DNA of 64,000 bases from an uncultured SAR86 cluster bacterium (GTDB taxonomy: Bacteria; Pseudomonadota; Gammaproteobacteria; Magnimaribacterales; D2472). Every line of letters starts with the position of its first letter. The first letter of the stretch is position 1. Positions 1 through 9,919 of this stretch are shown here, one piece after another. Both the position numbers and the translations under genes were made by a program. Where the stretch lies: NCBI GenBank assembly GCA_902595065.1, contig CACJOM010000002.1:60547-124546 (forward strand). Reading direction: 5' to 3'. The notes under the pieces are model-generated. The model did no database searches and was not told the DNA's origin. It saw only the letters and a program-made list of their open reading frames with translations.

Positions 1-1031
1 CTCCTATGACAAGGAATTGTTCACCAAGCGGAGTGCTCAACGAGTATGCTCCAACCTACTATGCCCGAAGAGCTCAAGGCGGAGTTGGTTTAATCTTGAC
101 TGAAGGGGTTGAAGTAAGTCATCGAGCTGCAAGCGGCTATCCAGATGTCCCAAATTTAGCAACAGATGACGCGAAAAAAATGTGGGAAAAAGTTGTTTCT
201 GAAGTTCATAAGAATAATTCATCTATCTTCTGTCAGCTATGGCATGTTGGTGGAATTAGAAAACCTGGGATGCCTCCTATGCCAGAAGTTCCTGGATTTA
301 CTCCATCCGGATATGTAGTTCCTGGTAAGAAAGTGGCACATGAAATGACGCTTGAAGAAATTAAAGAGTTGATAGAGGTTTATGCTAAAGATACAAAGAT
401 TTGTGAAGAAATTGGATTTGATGGCGTAGAAATTCATGGAGCGCATGGGTATTTAATCGATCAATTTTTTTGGGATCAGATTAATTTAAGAACTGACGAA
501 TATGGAGGCTCAATTGAGAATAGAGCTAGGCTTGCCAAAGATATCCTTGAGGCATCAAAGAAAAATACCTCTGAAAGTTTCAAAGTTGGCATAAGAGTTT
601 CTCAATGGAAGCAACAAGACTATGAAGCAAAAATTACTTCAGACGCAAACGAGCTAAATAAATTTTTTAATATCTTAAAAAATGCTGGGGCTGATTTTAT
701 TCATTGCAGCAATCGTCGTTTTTGGGAAGGAGAATTTGAACCTAAGGGCCCAAACTTAGCTGGAGTCGCAAAAAAGGCAACAGGACTTCCAAGTATAAGT
801 GTGGGCAGTGTTGGACTGGATAAAGATTTTATAAAACTCTATTCTGGCGACCATAAAACACAAACTGCCGATTTAAACATTCTTCATGAAAAGCTGCATA
901 AGTCTGAATTTGATTTAATTGCAGTTGGAAGAGCTCTTTTGTCAGACCCTGATTGGGCTAATAAAGTTCAAGACGGGAAAGAGGACCAAATTGTGCCTTT
1001 TGATAAAAGCTTTGTTGAAAATTACGTTTAA
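1..1031 (+). CDS. NADH:flavin oxidoreductase, Old Yellow Enzyme family (5' end outside window)
   Basis: ORF 6..1031. The frame is open back to nt 3. The first residues (P)MTRNCSP match the internal APMTR strand of OYE proteins, so roughly 25-30 N-terminal codons are missing. The VEIHGAHGYLIDQFF active-site region is present. Confidence 0.8.
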   Translation, partial: PMTRNCSPSGVLNEYAPTYYARRAQGGVGLILTEGVEVSHRAASGYPDVPNLATDDAKKMWEKVVSEVHKNNSSIFCQLWHVGGIRKPGMPPMPEVPGFTPSGYVVPGKKVAHEMTLEEIKELIEVYAKDTKICEEIGFDGVEIHGAHGYLIDQFFWDQINLRTDEYGGSIENRARLAKDILEASKKNTSESFKVGIRVSQWKQQDYEAKITSDANELNKFFNILKNAGADFIHCSNRRFWEGEFEPKGPNLAGVAKKATGLPSISVGSVGLDKDFIKLYSGDHKTQTADLNILHEKLHKSEFDLIAVGRALLSDPDWANKVQDGKEDQIVPFDKSFVENYV

Positions 1032-1033
1032 AT

Positions 1034-2218
1034 TTAATTGCTTATATTCAGAGATCTGACGCTCATTACATGCTCAACTGATCGAAGTTGATCAATTAGT
1101 TTTTCACTTGCCTGGCATTCTAAATCGATCAAGTTTATGGCAATTTCATCTCTGCTTTTATTAGTCATTTCAGCAATGTTGATATTACAAGCAGCAATTG
1201 AATCAGTAATTTTGCTAATCATTCCGGGTTCATTATGGTTGATGATAACTAAGCGGTGATCAGTCCCTCTTGAAAGCGAGATTCTTGGAAAATTTACAGA
1301 ATTCAAGATAGTGCCATCTTGAAGATAATTAACCATTTGATTTGCAGCCATTACAGCACAGTTAACTTCCGCCTCTTTTGTGCTAGCGCCTAAATGCGGC
1401 AAAAGCACTACATCATTTTTCTTCACGGAACGCTTGATAAGCTCCGGAGTTGGAAAATCTGTTACAAACTTGCCTAAATTACCATCCTCAAGCTCAGCTA
1501 TGACATCGCTGGTATTAACTATTCCGCCTCTGGACAGATTAATAAGCCTGGCACCTTTTTTAAGTTTGCTTAAGTTGGATTTGTTAATTAGATTTTTTGT
1601 TGCCTCAACAAGCGGAACATGGAGTGAAACATAGTCTGATTGTTGCAAAAGTGCGTCCATGGTCTCAGCTTTTTCAACCTCTCGCGGTAACCTCCATGCA
1701 CCCTCTATAGAAATGTAAGGGTCATATCCTACTAGTCTCATTCCTAGGGTATGAGCAGCTTGCGCAAGCATTGAACCAATTGATCCAAGCCCAACTATTC
1801 CTAGTGTCTTGCCAGCCAGCTCATTGCCAGCGAAGGTTTTTTTTTGAGCCTCCATTGCCTTGTTCAAGCCTGAAGCGTCTTTAAGATCAAGATTCTTTGC
1901 AAATTCAATCCCATCAATTATGCCTCGAGAAGAAAGCAACATGCCGCATATAACAAGCTCTTTTACTGCATTTGCATTTGCACCGGGGGTATTAAAAACA
2001 ACAATTCCTTTCTGGGTTGCATCATCAATAGGGATGTTATTTGTGCCTGCTCCGGCCCTTGCTATGCACAAAAGATTTTCTTCAAATTCTTCTTTTGCGA
2101 GAGTGTGACTTCTAAGCAATATCCCATCAGGATTATTAGACACTTCTTTGAATTTATTTCTACGAAGAATATCAAGGCCATCTTCAGCAATATTATTGAA
2201 AGTTTTAAAATTAAACAT
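1034..2218 (-). CDS. serA: D-3-phosphoglycerate dehydrogenase with C-terminal ACT-like domain
   Basis: 394-aa ORF. It has the 2-hydroxyacid dehydrogenase NAD-binding loop GIVGLGSIGS, HLGAST near the catalytic His, and a C-terminal ACT-like segment (RLVIINHNEPGMISKITDSIA...). Confidence 0.8.
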   Translation of the reverse strand: MFNFKTFNNIAEDGLDILRRNKFKEVSNNPDGILLRSHTLAKEEFEENLLCIARAGAGTNNIPIDDATQKGIVVFNTPGANANAVKELVICGMLLSSRGIIDGIEFAKNLDLKDASGLNKAMEAQKKTFAGNELAGKTLGIVGLGSIGSMLAQAAHTLGMRLVGYDPYISIEGAWRLPREVEKAETMDALLQQSDYVSLHVPLVEATKNLINKSNLSKLKKGARLINLSRGGIVNTSDVIAELEDGNLGKFVTDFPTPELIKRSVKKNDVVLLPHLGASTKEAEVNCAVMAANQMVNYLQDGTILNSVNFPRISLSRGTDHRLVIINHNEPGMISKITDSIAACNINIAEMTNKSRDEIAINLIDLECQASEKLIDQLRSVEHVMSVRSLNISN

Positions 2219-2389
2219 GTTTACCAGTCAGGGGGACTTAATTAAAAGTTAGCTTAGTTTATTACATTAAATACCAAACCAAAACACTGAGAACTATTTA
2301 ATTGAAGAAATTTAAAAATATCTTATGCTAGAAGCTCTGAAATCATTTTAGAGAAATTTATTTTTGCATTACATGCCAAAGATTTATTT

Positions 2390-3853
2390 TTAATTATAAG
2401 TCTCTATAAGGACTCTAAGAAGTTTTCTCCATTCAATCAAGTCGTTTGAATTAAAAACTTTTGATCTTGGTTCATAAATGGTTCCATTTCCTGATTGCAT
2501 TTTTTGCAAATCGTCAATAGAAAAGAAATGGGCCCCTATGCCAGCAGTAATTGCAGCGCCAACAGCTGTGGACTCCAAGCTTGAGGGAACTTGCACCTCC
2601 TGACCCAAACAATCTGCTAATAGCTGACAAAACATTGAATTAGCAGCCATACCACCATCAATAGATAAATTATTAATTTCTATCCCATCAATTTTTAGAG
2701 CTTCTTTAATATCAATGACTTGATATATTAATGACTTAAATGCAGCGGTAACCATATCTGTTTTAGTTGAGTCCCTTGTCAAACCGTAAAAAGCTGCTCT
2801 AATTTCTGAATTCCAATGCGGAGCTCCAATTCCCGTAAAAGCAGGAACAAATAAAACACCATTAGACTCACCACTTGCTTGAAGAAAATTGATGCTTTGC
2901 GAAGAGTCTGAAAAGAATTCCATATTATCTCTAAGCCATTGAATAATTGTTCCTGCTGAAAAAATACTCCCCTCTAATGCATATGAAACCTTACCAGAAA
3001 GGCCGTATCCAATAGTGTTTAGAAGACCTGATGTTGACTGCATTGACTCATCGCCTGTATTCACCATCAAAAAACATCCTGTTCCAAATGTTGCTTTCAT
3101 TTGACCTGACTGAAAACACCTTTGGCCCACTAATGCACTTTGCTGATCACCTATCACTCCAGAGATTTGGATCGTTTTGTCGCCTCTGACTAGAGTTCCA
3201 AAATTACTGTCGGAAGAATGTACCTCTGGGAGCATTGAGCTCGGGATATTAAAAATTTCAAGAAGCTCAGCATCCCACTCTTTTCTATGTATGTTATATA
3301 AATTTGTTCTAGATGCATTGGTAACATCAGTTTTATAAATATCTCCGCATGTCAATTGCCACAATAGAAAAGTATCTACGGTTCCAAAACGCAATTTTCC
3401 AGCATCAGCCTTCTCCCTAGCACCATCTACGTTATCTAAAATCCATGAAATTTTTGTTGCTGAAAAGTATGGATCAAGCAAGAGTCCTGTTTTGCTCTTT
3501 ATATTTTCTTCTACTCCATCATTTTTAAGTTGCATGCATTGTTCTGCAGTTCTTCTATCCTGCCAAACAATTGCATTGTAGATAGGCTGTCCTGAATCCG
3601 CATCCCACACTAAAGTTGTCTCACGCTGATTTGTTATCCCGATGGCTATAATATCCGAACAAGCATCAAGCACAGGATCAATAGTTGCATAGACAGAATT
3701 CATTAATTCCTCAGGTTCAATCTCTACCCAACCATCATTGGGGTAAATTAATGGGTATTCTTTTTGCTCTGAATGAATAATTTGTAGTTCTTTATCAAAC
3801 GCCACAGTTCGTGTGCTTGTAGTCCCTTGGTCCAAAGCTATTAATACTGTCAT
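2390..3853 (-). CDS. glpK: glycerol kinase
   Basis: 487-aa ORF in the FGGY kinase family. N-terminal ALDQGTTSTR, plus VWQDRRT and GDQQSALVGQ, are typical of GlpK. No glpF is adjacent. Confidence 0.9.
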   Translation of the reverse strand: MTVLIALDQGTTSTRTVAFDKELQIIHSEQKEYPLIYPNDGWVEIEPEELMNSVYATIDPVLDACSDIIAIGITNQRETTLVWDADSGQPIYNAIVWQDRRTAEQCMQLKNDGVEENIKSKTGLLLDPYFSATKISWILDNVDGAREKADAGKLRFGTVDTFLLWQLTCGDIYKTDVTNASRTNLYNIHRKEWDAELLEIFNIPSSMLPEVHSSDSNFGTLVRGDKTIQISGVIGDQQSALVGQRCFQSGQMKATFGTGCFLMVNTGDESMQSTSGLLNTIGYGLSGKVSYALEGSIFSAGTIIQWLRDNMEFFSDSSQSINFLQASGESNGVLFVPAFTGIGAPHWNSEIRAAFYGLTRDSTKTDMVTAAFKSLIYQVIDIKEALKIDGIEINNLSIDGGMAANSMFCQLLADCLGQEVQVPSSLESTAVGAAITAGIGAHFFSIDDLQKMQSGNGTIYEPRSKVFNSNDLIEWRKLLRVLIETYN

Positions 3854-3874
3854 AAAGTCTCCAAAAATATCAGG

Positions 3875-3883
3875 TTATCCACA
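3875..3883 (+). promoter_or_regulatory. DnaA box (perfect TTATCCACA) upstream of nrdA
   Basis: Exact 9-mer TTATCCACA in the glpK/nrdA intergenic region. Confidence 0.55.
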
Positions 3884-3922
3884 ATTTACTCACTTCGTTC
3901 TCACAATCAATAAACACCATTT

Positions 3923-3969
3923 ATACAGCATATTGTGAAAAATTTAAAAGAATTCACAATATATTGTGT
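3923..3969 (+). promoter_or_regulatory. Tandem NrdR boxes upstream of nrdAB
   Basis: Box 2 (3954-3969, tCACAATATATTGTGt) is a perfect palindrome matching the NrdR consensus acaCwAtATaTwGtgt. Box 1 (3923-3938, atACAGCATATTGTGa) has a perfect right half and a degenerate left half. Centre-to-centre spacing is 31 bp, the usual three-helical-turn arrangement. Confidence 0.7.
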
Positions 3970-3984
3970 TTTTTGCTTGATTAT

Positions 3985-3993
3985 TTATCCACA
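3985..3993 (+). promoter_or_regulatory. DnaA box (perfect TTATCCACA) upstream of nrdA
   Basis: Second exact TTATCCACA, same orientation, 110 bp downstream of the first and 114 bp upstream of the nrdA ATG. Confidence 0.55.
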
Positions 3994-4106
3994 ATGTAAG
4001 AATATTGATGTTGGTTAAAGAAATTTAAAAAAAGACGTTTTGACCCCACCCATTGATGAGTTTTTTAAAAACTTATCAACGAAAGAAACAAACATAGAGG
4101 ATAAAA

Positions 4107-7001
4107 ATGACAATACAAGAGTTAAGTAAGACTCAAGAAAGTGCTGGGCAAGAAGCAATTGGATCAATACCATCAGAAGATTTAAATATCACAGCACCTG
4201 GAAAGCTAAGGGTGATAAAACGCAACGGTAAGGTTGTTCCATTTGAAGAAGACAAGATAAAAGTTGCCGTAACAAAAGCTTTTTTAGCAAATGAATCTGG
4301 TAATGCAGCAGCAAGCGAAAGAATTCATAGAAAAGTTGAAGACATCACCGCAGATGTTCAGGAGGTTTTCAAAAGAAGAATGCCATCCGGCGGCACTCTA
4401 CATATCGAAGAAATACAGGATCAAGTAGAGCTCCAGCTCATGCGCAACGAGGAATACGTAGTAGCTAGAAAATATATTTTATACAGAGAAGAAAGAGCAG
4501 CTGAAAGAACAAAAGATGTGCCTCAAAAATCAAACATAGATGCGCCTAAAATTTCTGTAACAAAAAGTGATGGGACTCAAGTTCCATTGGATATAAACAG
4601 ATTAGCCGCTGTTGTTAATCACGCTTGTGATGGTTTAGAGGATGTAAGCGCTGATTCAATTCTTGAGGAGTCAATTAAAAATCTATATGACGGTGTATCC
4701 GTAAGCGATATGAAGTCCTCTCTTGTCATGTCAGCAAGAACAAAAGTAGAGCAAGAGCCAAATTATACGTATGTTACTGCAAGAATTCTTTTAGATGAGC
4801 TAAGAAGCGAGGCTTTATCCTTTTTGGGAATAGCGGAAGAAAGCTCACACCCAGAGATGCAGAAATACTATCCAGAGGCATTTAAAGCATACATCGACAA
4901 AGGGGTTGAACTTCAAATGCTGGATCCTATTCTGAAAGAATTTGATCTAAAAAAACTAGGAGAGGCCATCGATCACGACAGAGACTACCAATTTACATAC
5001 CTAGGTCTTCAGACTCTTTATGATAGATATTTTATCCATTATCAAGACACAAGATATGAACTACCTCAAATCTTCTTCATGAGAGTCGCTATGGGGCTTG
5101 CCGTTGAGGAAAAAGATAAAGAGGATCGAGCTATAGAATTCTATAAATTGCTCTCAAGCTTTGACTATATGAGTTCAACACCTACTCTTTTTAATTCTGG
5201 AACTCTGCGCCCACAACTTTCTTCATGTTATCTAACAACTATTCCAGATGACCTTGACGGAATTTTTGGTGCAATGAAAGACAATGCGCTGCTTTCTAAA
5301 TGGGCTGGTGGCCTAGGCAATGATTGGTCCCCTGTGAGAGCGCTAGGTTCTTACATCAAAGGAACCAACGGGAAAAGCCAAGGTGTTGTTCCTTTTTTAA
5401 AAGTTGCAAATGATACTGCTGTTGCAGTAAATCAAGGTGGTAAAAGAAAAGGAGCCATGTGTGCTTACCTTGAAACATGGCATCTCGATATAGAAGAATT
5501 CTTAGATCTAAGAAAAAATACTGGCGATGACAGAAGAAGAACTCATGATATGAACACTGCCAACTGGGTACCTGATTTATTTATGAAAAGAGTTGAGTTA
5601 GATAAAAACTGGACTCTTTTTTCTCCTGGAGAAACACCAGATTTGCATGATCTAACGGGCCTCGCATTTGAAAAAAGATATGAAGAATACGAAGCTCTAG
5701 CTGCTGAAGGAAAAATGGATCAACACAAAACCATTCCTGCCAAAGATCTGTGGAGAAAAATGCTAACTATGCTTTTTGAAACAGGTCATCCGTGGATCAC
5801 TTTTAAAGACTCATGCAATTTGCGCTCTCCGCAACAACACATTGGAGTCATTCATTCATCCAATTTATGTACCGAGATAACCCTGAACACTAGCAATGAT
5901 GAAATAGCTGTCTGCAACCTTGGATCAGTTAATTTACCTCAGCATATGAAGGATGGTGCTTTAGACCAAGAGAAAGTAAAGCAAACGGTAACCACCGCAT
6001 TGCGCATGCTTGATAATGTTATTGACATAAATTATTACTCCGTTGATACAGCTAAAAATTCAAATCTCAAACATCGTCCAGTTGGAATGGGGCTTATGGG
6101 CTTTCAGGATGCGCTATATATGCAAGATGCGCCCTACTGTTCTGATGCGGCCATTGAATTTGCTGACCGAAGCATGGAAATCATTAGCTACTATGCAATC
6201 CACGCATCAAGCGAATTAGCAAAAGAAAGAGGAACGTACCCTTCTTATGACGGCTCTCTTTGGAGCCAAGGAATTTTTCCAAAAGATTCAATAGATATTT
6301 TAGAAAAAAACCGAGGTAGTGAATTTATAAAGGTTGATAAGTCTGAAACTCTAGATTGGGACAAACTGCGCAAGAAAGTAAAAAAAGATGGTATGAGAAA
6401 TTCGAATGTTATGGCAATTGCCCCTACAGCAACAATTTCTAATATTACTGGTGTCACTCAATCAATTGAACCGACTTATCAAAATCTATATGTTAAATCC
6501 AACCTTTCTGGTGAATTTACCATCGTAAATCCTCACCTGGTTAGAAAACTCAAAGGACTTAATTTATGGGATGACGTCATGATCAATGACTTGAAGTATT
6601 TTGAAGGCAGCTTGAGTGAAATATCGAGAATTCCTGATGATATTAAGAAACTGTTCTCGACTGCATTTGAAGTTGAACCACGATACATCGTTGAATCAGC
6701 AAGCAGAAGACAAAAATGGATAGATCAAGCTCAATCATTAAATCTATATATCGGTAATGCCAACGGTAAAAAACTAGATCTTACATACAGAATGGCTTGG
6801 TATTCTGGTTTAAAAACTACTTACTATCTTAGATCTATAGCAGCAACCACAACAGAAAAATCAACCATCAACCAAGGAAGCTTAAATGCAGTCAGCGCTC
6901 AAGCTGAGTCAACACCAGAAGTTCCTCATGAACTAGGTGCACCAGCTCCTGTGCCAGAAGCATGCTCTTTGGATGATCCTGACTGCGAAGCCTGTCAATA
7001 A
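4107..7001 (+). CDS. nrdA: class Ia ribonucleotide reductase alpha subunit, long form with two N-terminal ATP-cone-like segments
   Basis: 964-aa ORF. ATP-cone 1 is [16 protein letters not shown]...[10 protein letters not shown] second, degenerate cone is [16 protein letters not shown]... The catalytic NLCTEI loop and C-terminal Cys pairs (...[13 protein letters not shown]) are present. AGAGGA lies 8-13 nt upstream of the ATG. Confidence 0.95.
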   Translation: MTIQELSKTQESAGQEAIGSIPSEDLNITAPGKLRVIKRNGKVVPFEEDKIKVAVTKAFLANESGNAAASERIHRKVEDITADVQEVFKRRMPSGGTLHIEEIQDQVELQLMRNEEYVVARKYILYREERAAERTKDVPQKSNIDAPKISVTKSDGTQVPLDINRLAAVVNHACDGLEDVSADSILEESIKNLYDGVSVSDMKSSLVMSARTKVEQEPNYTYVTARILLDELRSEALSFLGIAEESSHPEMQKYYPEAFKAYIDKGVELQMLDPILKEFDLKKLGEAIDHDRDYQFTYLGLQTLYDRYFIHYQDTRYELPQIFFMRVAMGLAVEEKDKEDRAIEFYKLLSSFDYMSSTPTLFNSGTLRPQLSSCYLTTIPDDLDGIFGAMKDNALLSKWAGGLGNDWSPVRALGSYIKGTNGKSQGVVPFLKVANDTAVAVNQGGKRKGAMCAYLETWHLDIEEFLDLRKNTGDDRRRTHDMNTANWVPDLFMKRVELDKNWTLFSPGETPDLHDLTGLAFEKRYEEYEALAAEGKMDQHKTIPAKDLWRKMLTMLFETGHPWITFKDSCNLRSPQQHIGVIHSSNLCTEITLNTSNDEIAVCNLGSVNLPQHMKDGALDQEKVKQTVTTALRMLDNVIDINYYSVDTAKNSNLKHRPVGMGLMGFQDALYMQDAPYCSDAAIEFADRSMEIISYYAIHASSELAKERGTYPSYDGSLWSQGIFPKDSIDILEKNRGSEFIKVDKSETLDWDKLRKKVKKDGMRNSNVMAIAPTATISNITGVTQSIEPTYQNLYVKSNLSGEFTIVNPHLVRKLKGLNLWDDVMINDLKYFEGSLSEISRIPDDIKKLFSTAFEVEPRYIVESASRRQKWIDQAQSLNLYIGNANGKKLDLTYRMAWYSGLKTTYYLRSIAATTTEKSTINQGSLNAVSAQAESTPEVPHELGAPAPVPEACSLDDPDCEACQ

Positions 7002-7014
7002 CACGGAGAAAGAA

Positions 7015-8259
7015 ATGTTAAATTGGGATGAATATAATAAAGAAGAGACTCAAGTAGCTCCTTCAATACAAAATACAGCAACGGAAGCACCTAAACATGC
7101 TGAATCAATTGCTAAGCCAGAACCCGTTTCGGAAGTAGCTCCTATAGCTGTTGAGGCTGGCTCCAGAGCAGAGGCTGCTAGAAAGGCCATGGAGACCTTT
7201 GATGCATCAGAGGGCGTGAAAGAGCTAGATGAGATGCACAATGGCAGAGTTCAAGTTGATGATAAAGCTATGATCAACTGCAAAGCAGACCTCAATCAAT
7301 TAGTTCCATTCAAATATGATTGGGCATGGCAAAAATATCTTGATGGAAGTGCAAATCATTGGATGCCACAAGAGGTAAATATGACTGCAGATATTGCACT
7401 TTGGAAATCAGAAGACGGCTTAACTGAAGATGAGAGAACGATTGTAAAAAGAAATCTTGGGTTCTTCTCGACTGCAGACTCATTAGTTGCTAATAATTTG
7501 GTTCTTGCTCTCTATAGATTGGTAACAAATCCTGAATGCCGCCAATATATTTTGAGACAAAGCTTAGAGGAAGCAATCCATACCCATGCATATCAATACT
7601 GCATTGAATCACTTGGCATGGATGAAGGTGAAATATTTAATATGTATCGAGAAATACCAAGTGTTGCTAAAAAAGCAGCCTGGGGCCTAAAGTATACTCA
7701 ACAAATCTCTGATCCAACCTTTCAAACTGGAACAACAGAAACCGACAAGCAACTCTTAAGGAATCTGATAGCATTCTATTGTGTGCTTGAAGGCATCTTC
7801 TTTTACTGTGGTTTTACTCAGATCTTATCAATGGGAAGGCGCAATAAAATGACAGGAACAGCTGAGCAATTCCAATACATATTGCGAGATGAATCCATGC
7901 ATGTAAATTTTGGAATTGATGTAATTAATCAAATTAAAATTGAAAATCCGCATCTTTGGGATGAGGAAATGAAAAACGAAGCAGCTCAGATGATTCTTGA
8001 AGGAACTGAGCTTGAGATTCAATACGCAAGAGATACTATGCCTAGAGGTGTTTTAGGTATGAATGCTTCCATGATGGAAGAATACCTACAATTCATCGCT
8101 AATAGACGTCTCACCCAAATTGGATTAGAGGAAGAATTTAAAGGTGCAACAAACCCGTTCCCTTGGATGTCAGAAATAATGGATCTTAGAAAAGAAAAGA
8201 ACTTCTTTGAAACTAGAGTGATTGAATATCAAACTGGGGGCGCATTAAACTGGGAGTAA
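7015..8259 (+). CDS. nrdB: class Ia ribonucleotide reductase beta subunit (about 70-aa N-terminal extension)
   Basis: The ORF track opens at 6937, but ATG 7015 is preceded by GGAG (7005-7008) and lies 14 nt after the nrdA stop. Ferritin-like di-iron motifs are present ([20 protein letters not shown]). The C-terminal region PFPWMSE...TGGALNWE is typical of R2. Confidence 0.9.
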   Translation: MLNWDEYNKEETQVAPSIQNTATEAPKHAESIAKPEPVSEVAPIAVEAGSRAEAARKAMETFDASEGVKELDEMHNGRVQVDDKAMINCKADLNQLVPFKYDWAWQKYLDGSANHWMPQEVNMTADIALWKSEDGLTEDERTIVKRNLGFFSTADSLVANNLVLALYRLVTNPECRQYILRQSLEEAIHTHAYQYCIESLGMDEGEIFNMYREIPSVAKKAAWGLKYTQQISDPTFQTGTTETDKQLLRNLIAFYCVLEGIFFYCGFTQILSMGRRNKMTGTAEQFQYILRDESMHVNFGIDVINQIKIENPHLWDEEMKNEAAQMILEGTELEIQYARDTMPRGVLGMNASMMEEYLQFIANRRLTQIGLEEEFKGATNPFPWMSEIMDLRKEKNFFETRVIEYQTGGALNWE

Positions 8260-8340
8260 CATAAATCCTGGTTGATTGATATCAATACAATTTAAATCTC
8301 TAGGCTATAATAAAGCATTACAAACTAGGGGAAAATTCAA

Positions 8341-9672
8341 ATGACTGAGAATCATCAGCCAACAAAAGGCTATCGCACTTTTGTATTGATATTGCTCACA
8401 ATTGTCTATGGATTTAATTTTATTGATCGACAAATTGTAGGAATATTAGCTCCTTTTATACAAGCAGATCTAAACCTGACTAATACAGAGTTGGGGCTTT
8501 TGATAGGCTTAGCATTTGCAGTCTTCTATACAACAGTTGCAATTCCAATAGCTTGGCTAGCAGATAGATATAACAGAGTAAATATACTTTCGATAGCACT
8601 TGCAACATGGAGTGGGTTTACAGCGCTAACTGGGCTAGCAACTAATTTTGTTCAGATTGGTCTTGCAAGAATGGGAGTTGGCATTGGTGAAGCTGGTGGC
8701 AGCCCTCCTTCTCATTCAATTATCTCAGACATGTATCCAAAAGAGGAGAGAGCAAGCGCTCTTGGAGTATATGCTATGGGTATACCAATTGGTATCATGG
8801 CAGCTTATTTTGTAACAGCAGCCTTGATAGGCGCTTCCAGTGAGGATGTGAACTGGAGAGAAATTTTTGTCTTTCTTGGTGTTACCGGAATTCTCTTAGC
8901 TGTAGTTGTGAAATTTGCAATACGTGAGCCAGTTCGTGGAGCAATGGAGTTTGGTGATCATAGAGAAATTGTAAAACCACCTTTTCTTCAATCCCTAAAA
9001 ACCCTTCTAAGAATTCCAGCATGGTGGGCTATGTGTTTTGGAATTGCTTTTGGTTCCTTTGTTTCTTATTCCAAATCAGCATTTCACACTAAGTACCTTG
9101 TAACACTAGATCCAAATTTCGATTTCCAAACTTTGGTTATTATTTTAGGATTTATAAATGGAATTACATACGCTGGAGGAGCTTTTTTTGGAGCAAGACT
9201 TGCCGATCGATGGGGTAAAATAGATATTAGAGCCTATGGGTGGTTGCCAGCAATTTCAATTGCCCTATGTCTTCCTATTGGAATTGCGGCTTGGTGGTCT
9301 ACCTCAGTTGAAATGAATCTAATATTTACATCTTTCTTCTTGATATTTATGGGTATTTATCTAGGACCAAGTTTTGCAATAGCCCAAACCTTGGCCCCTA
9401 TTCACATGCGTGCTATGTCTACTGCCCTATTCTTTTTTATTTTAAATATGATTGGATTAGGTCTTGGTCCAAGCATCTCAGGCTGGATGATTGATATATT
9501 TAAAGCAAGCAATGGTGAGGTTGAGTCAATTAGATATGCCATGACCGTGACGTCTCTAATATTCATACCATCAATCATTAGTTTTTTAGTTGTTGCGCGC
9601 AAACTTCCGCAAGATTGGGCAACTGCCGAAAAAACTAATCGTGAGTTAGCAACAGAAGGTTCAAATGATTGA
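8341..9672 (+). CDS. MFS transporter
   Basis: 443-aa ORF with about 12 predicted hydrophobic spans. It has an N-terminal FIDRQIVGILAP motif and an MFS loop signature (LADRYNR). Confidence 0.8.
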   Translation: MTENHQPTKGYRTFVLILLTIVYGFNFIDRQIVGILAPFIQADLNLTNTELGLLIGLAFAVFYTTVAIPIAWLADRYNRVNILSIALATWSGFTALTGLATNFVQIGLARMGVGIGEAGGSPPSHSIISDMYPKEERASALGVYAMGIPIGIMAAYFVTAALIGASSEDVNWREIFVFLGVTGILLAVVVKFAIREPVRGAMEFGDHREIVKPPFLQSLKTLLRIPAWWAMCFGIAFGSFVSYSKSAFHTKYLVTLDPNFDFQTLVIILGFINGITYAGGAFFGARLADRWGKIDIRAYGWLPAISIALCLPIGIAAWWSTSVEMNLIFTSFFLIFMGIYLGPSFAIAQTLAPIHMRAMSTALFFFILNMIGLGLGPSISGWMIDIFKASNGEVESIRYAMTVTSLIFIPSIISFLVVARKLPQDWATAEKTNRELATEGSND

Positions 9673-9919
9673 AGGTTTTTTACAATATGGTCAGTGGGTA
9701 ATTTTGCTCTTAAGCATTCTCAGTTTAGCCTTAGTAAGCTCAGTAAAGCATGAAACAAGATTGAATGGTTACATTTTGACAGGCATCAGTAGATTTGCAG
9801 GCGCCCTAGTATTTATTTTTGTTGATTTGCCCGCGTTTGTGATCGCTAACCTCATCCAAACTTATATTGCTTTTAAGGGATATCACAATAATAAGAAAGC
9901 AGGAGATAATAAAAAATGA
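9665..9919 (+). CDS. small hypothetical membrane protein (84 aa)
   Basis: ATG start overlaps the MFS stop by 8 nt, and its own stop overlaps the GST ATG by 4 nt. There are two or three hydrophobic segments and a basic C-terminal tail. I recognise no family. Confidence 0.4.
   Translation: MIEGFLQYGQWVILLLSILSLALVSSVKHETRLNGYILTGISRFAGALVFIFVDLPAFVIANLIQTYIAFKGYHNNKKAGDNKK

Noticed and set aside
2219-2389. 171-nt glpK-serA spacer, long for this genome, screened for an sRNA, riboswitch or terminator
   Set aside because: The only structure found is an 8-bp hairpin (2335-2353), whose T-run is on the plus strand where no gene needs terminating. There is no tRNA-like or known riboswitch motif.
3854-4106. 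Possible chromosomal origin (oriC), because of two perfect DnaA boxes in an AT-rich spacer
   Set aside because: There are only two boxes, both in one orientation. There is no cluster of additional near-consensus boxes and no 13-mer DUE-like repeats. The NrdR boxes and the nrdA context explain the site as promoter regulation.
6937-7014. Upstream extension of the nrdB ORF overlapping the last 65 nt of nrdA
   Set aside because: The extension ([26 protein letters not shown]) has no R2 similarity. ATG 7015 has a GGAG 7-10 nt upstream and follows the nrdA stop.
8275-8286. Palindrome ATTGATATCAAT between nrdB and the MFS gene
   Set aside because: It is a short AT-rich palindrome with no loop. It is not extended by flanking complementarity, occurs as a single copy, and matches no operator I recognise.
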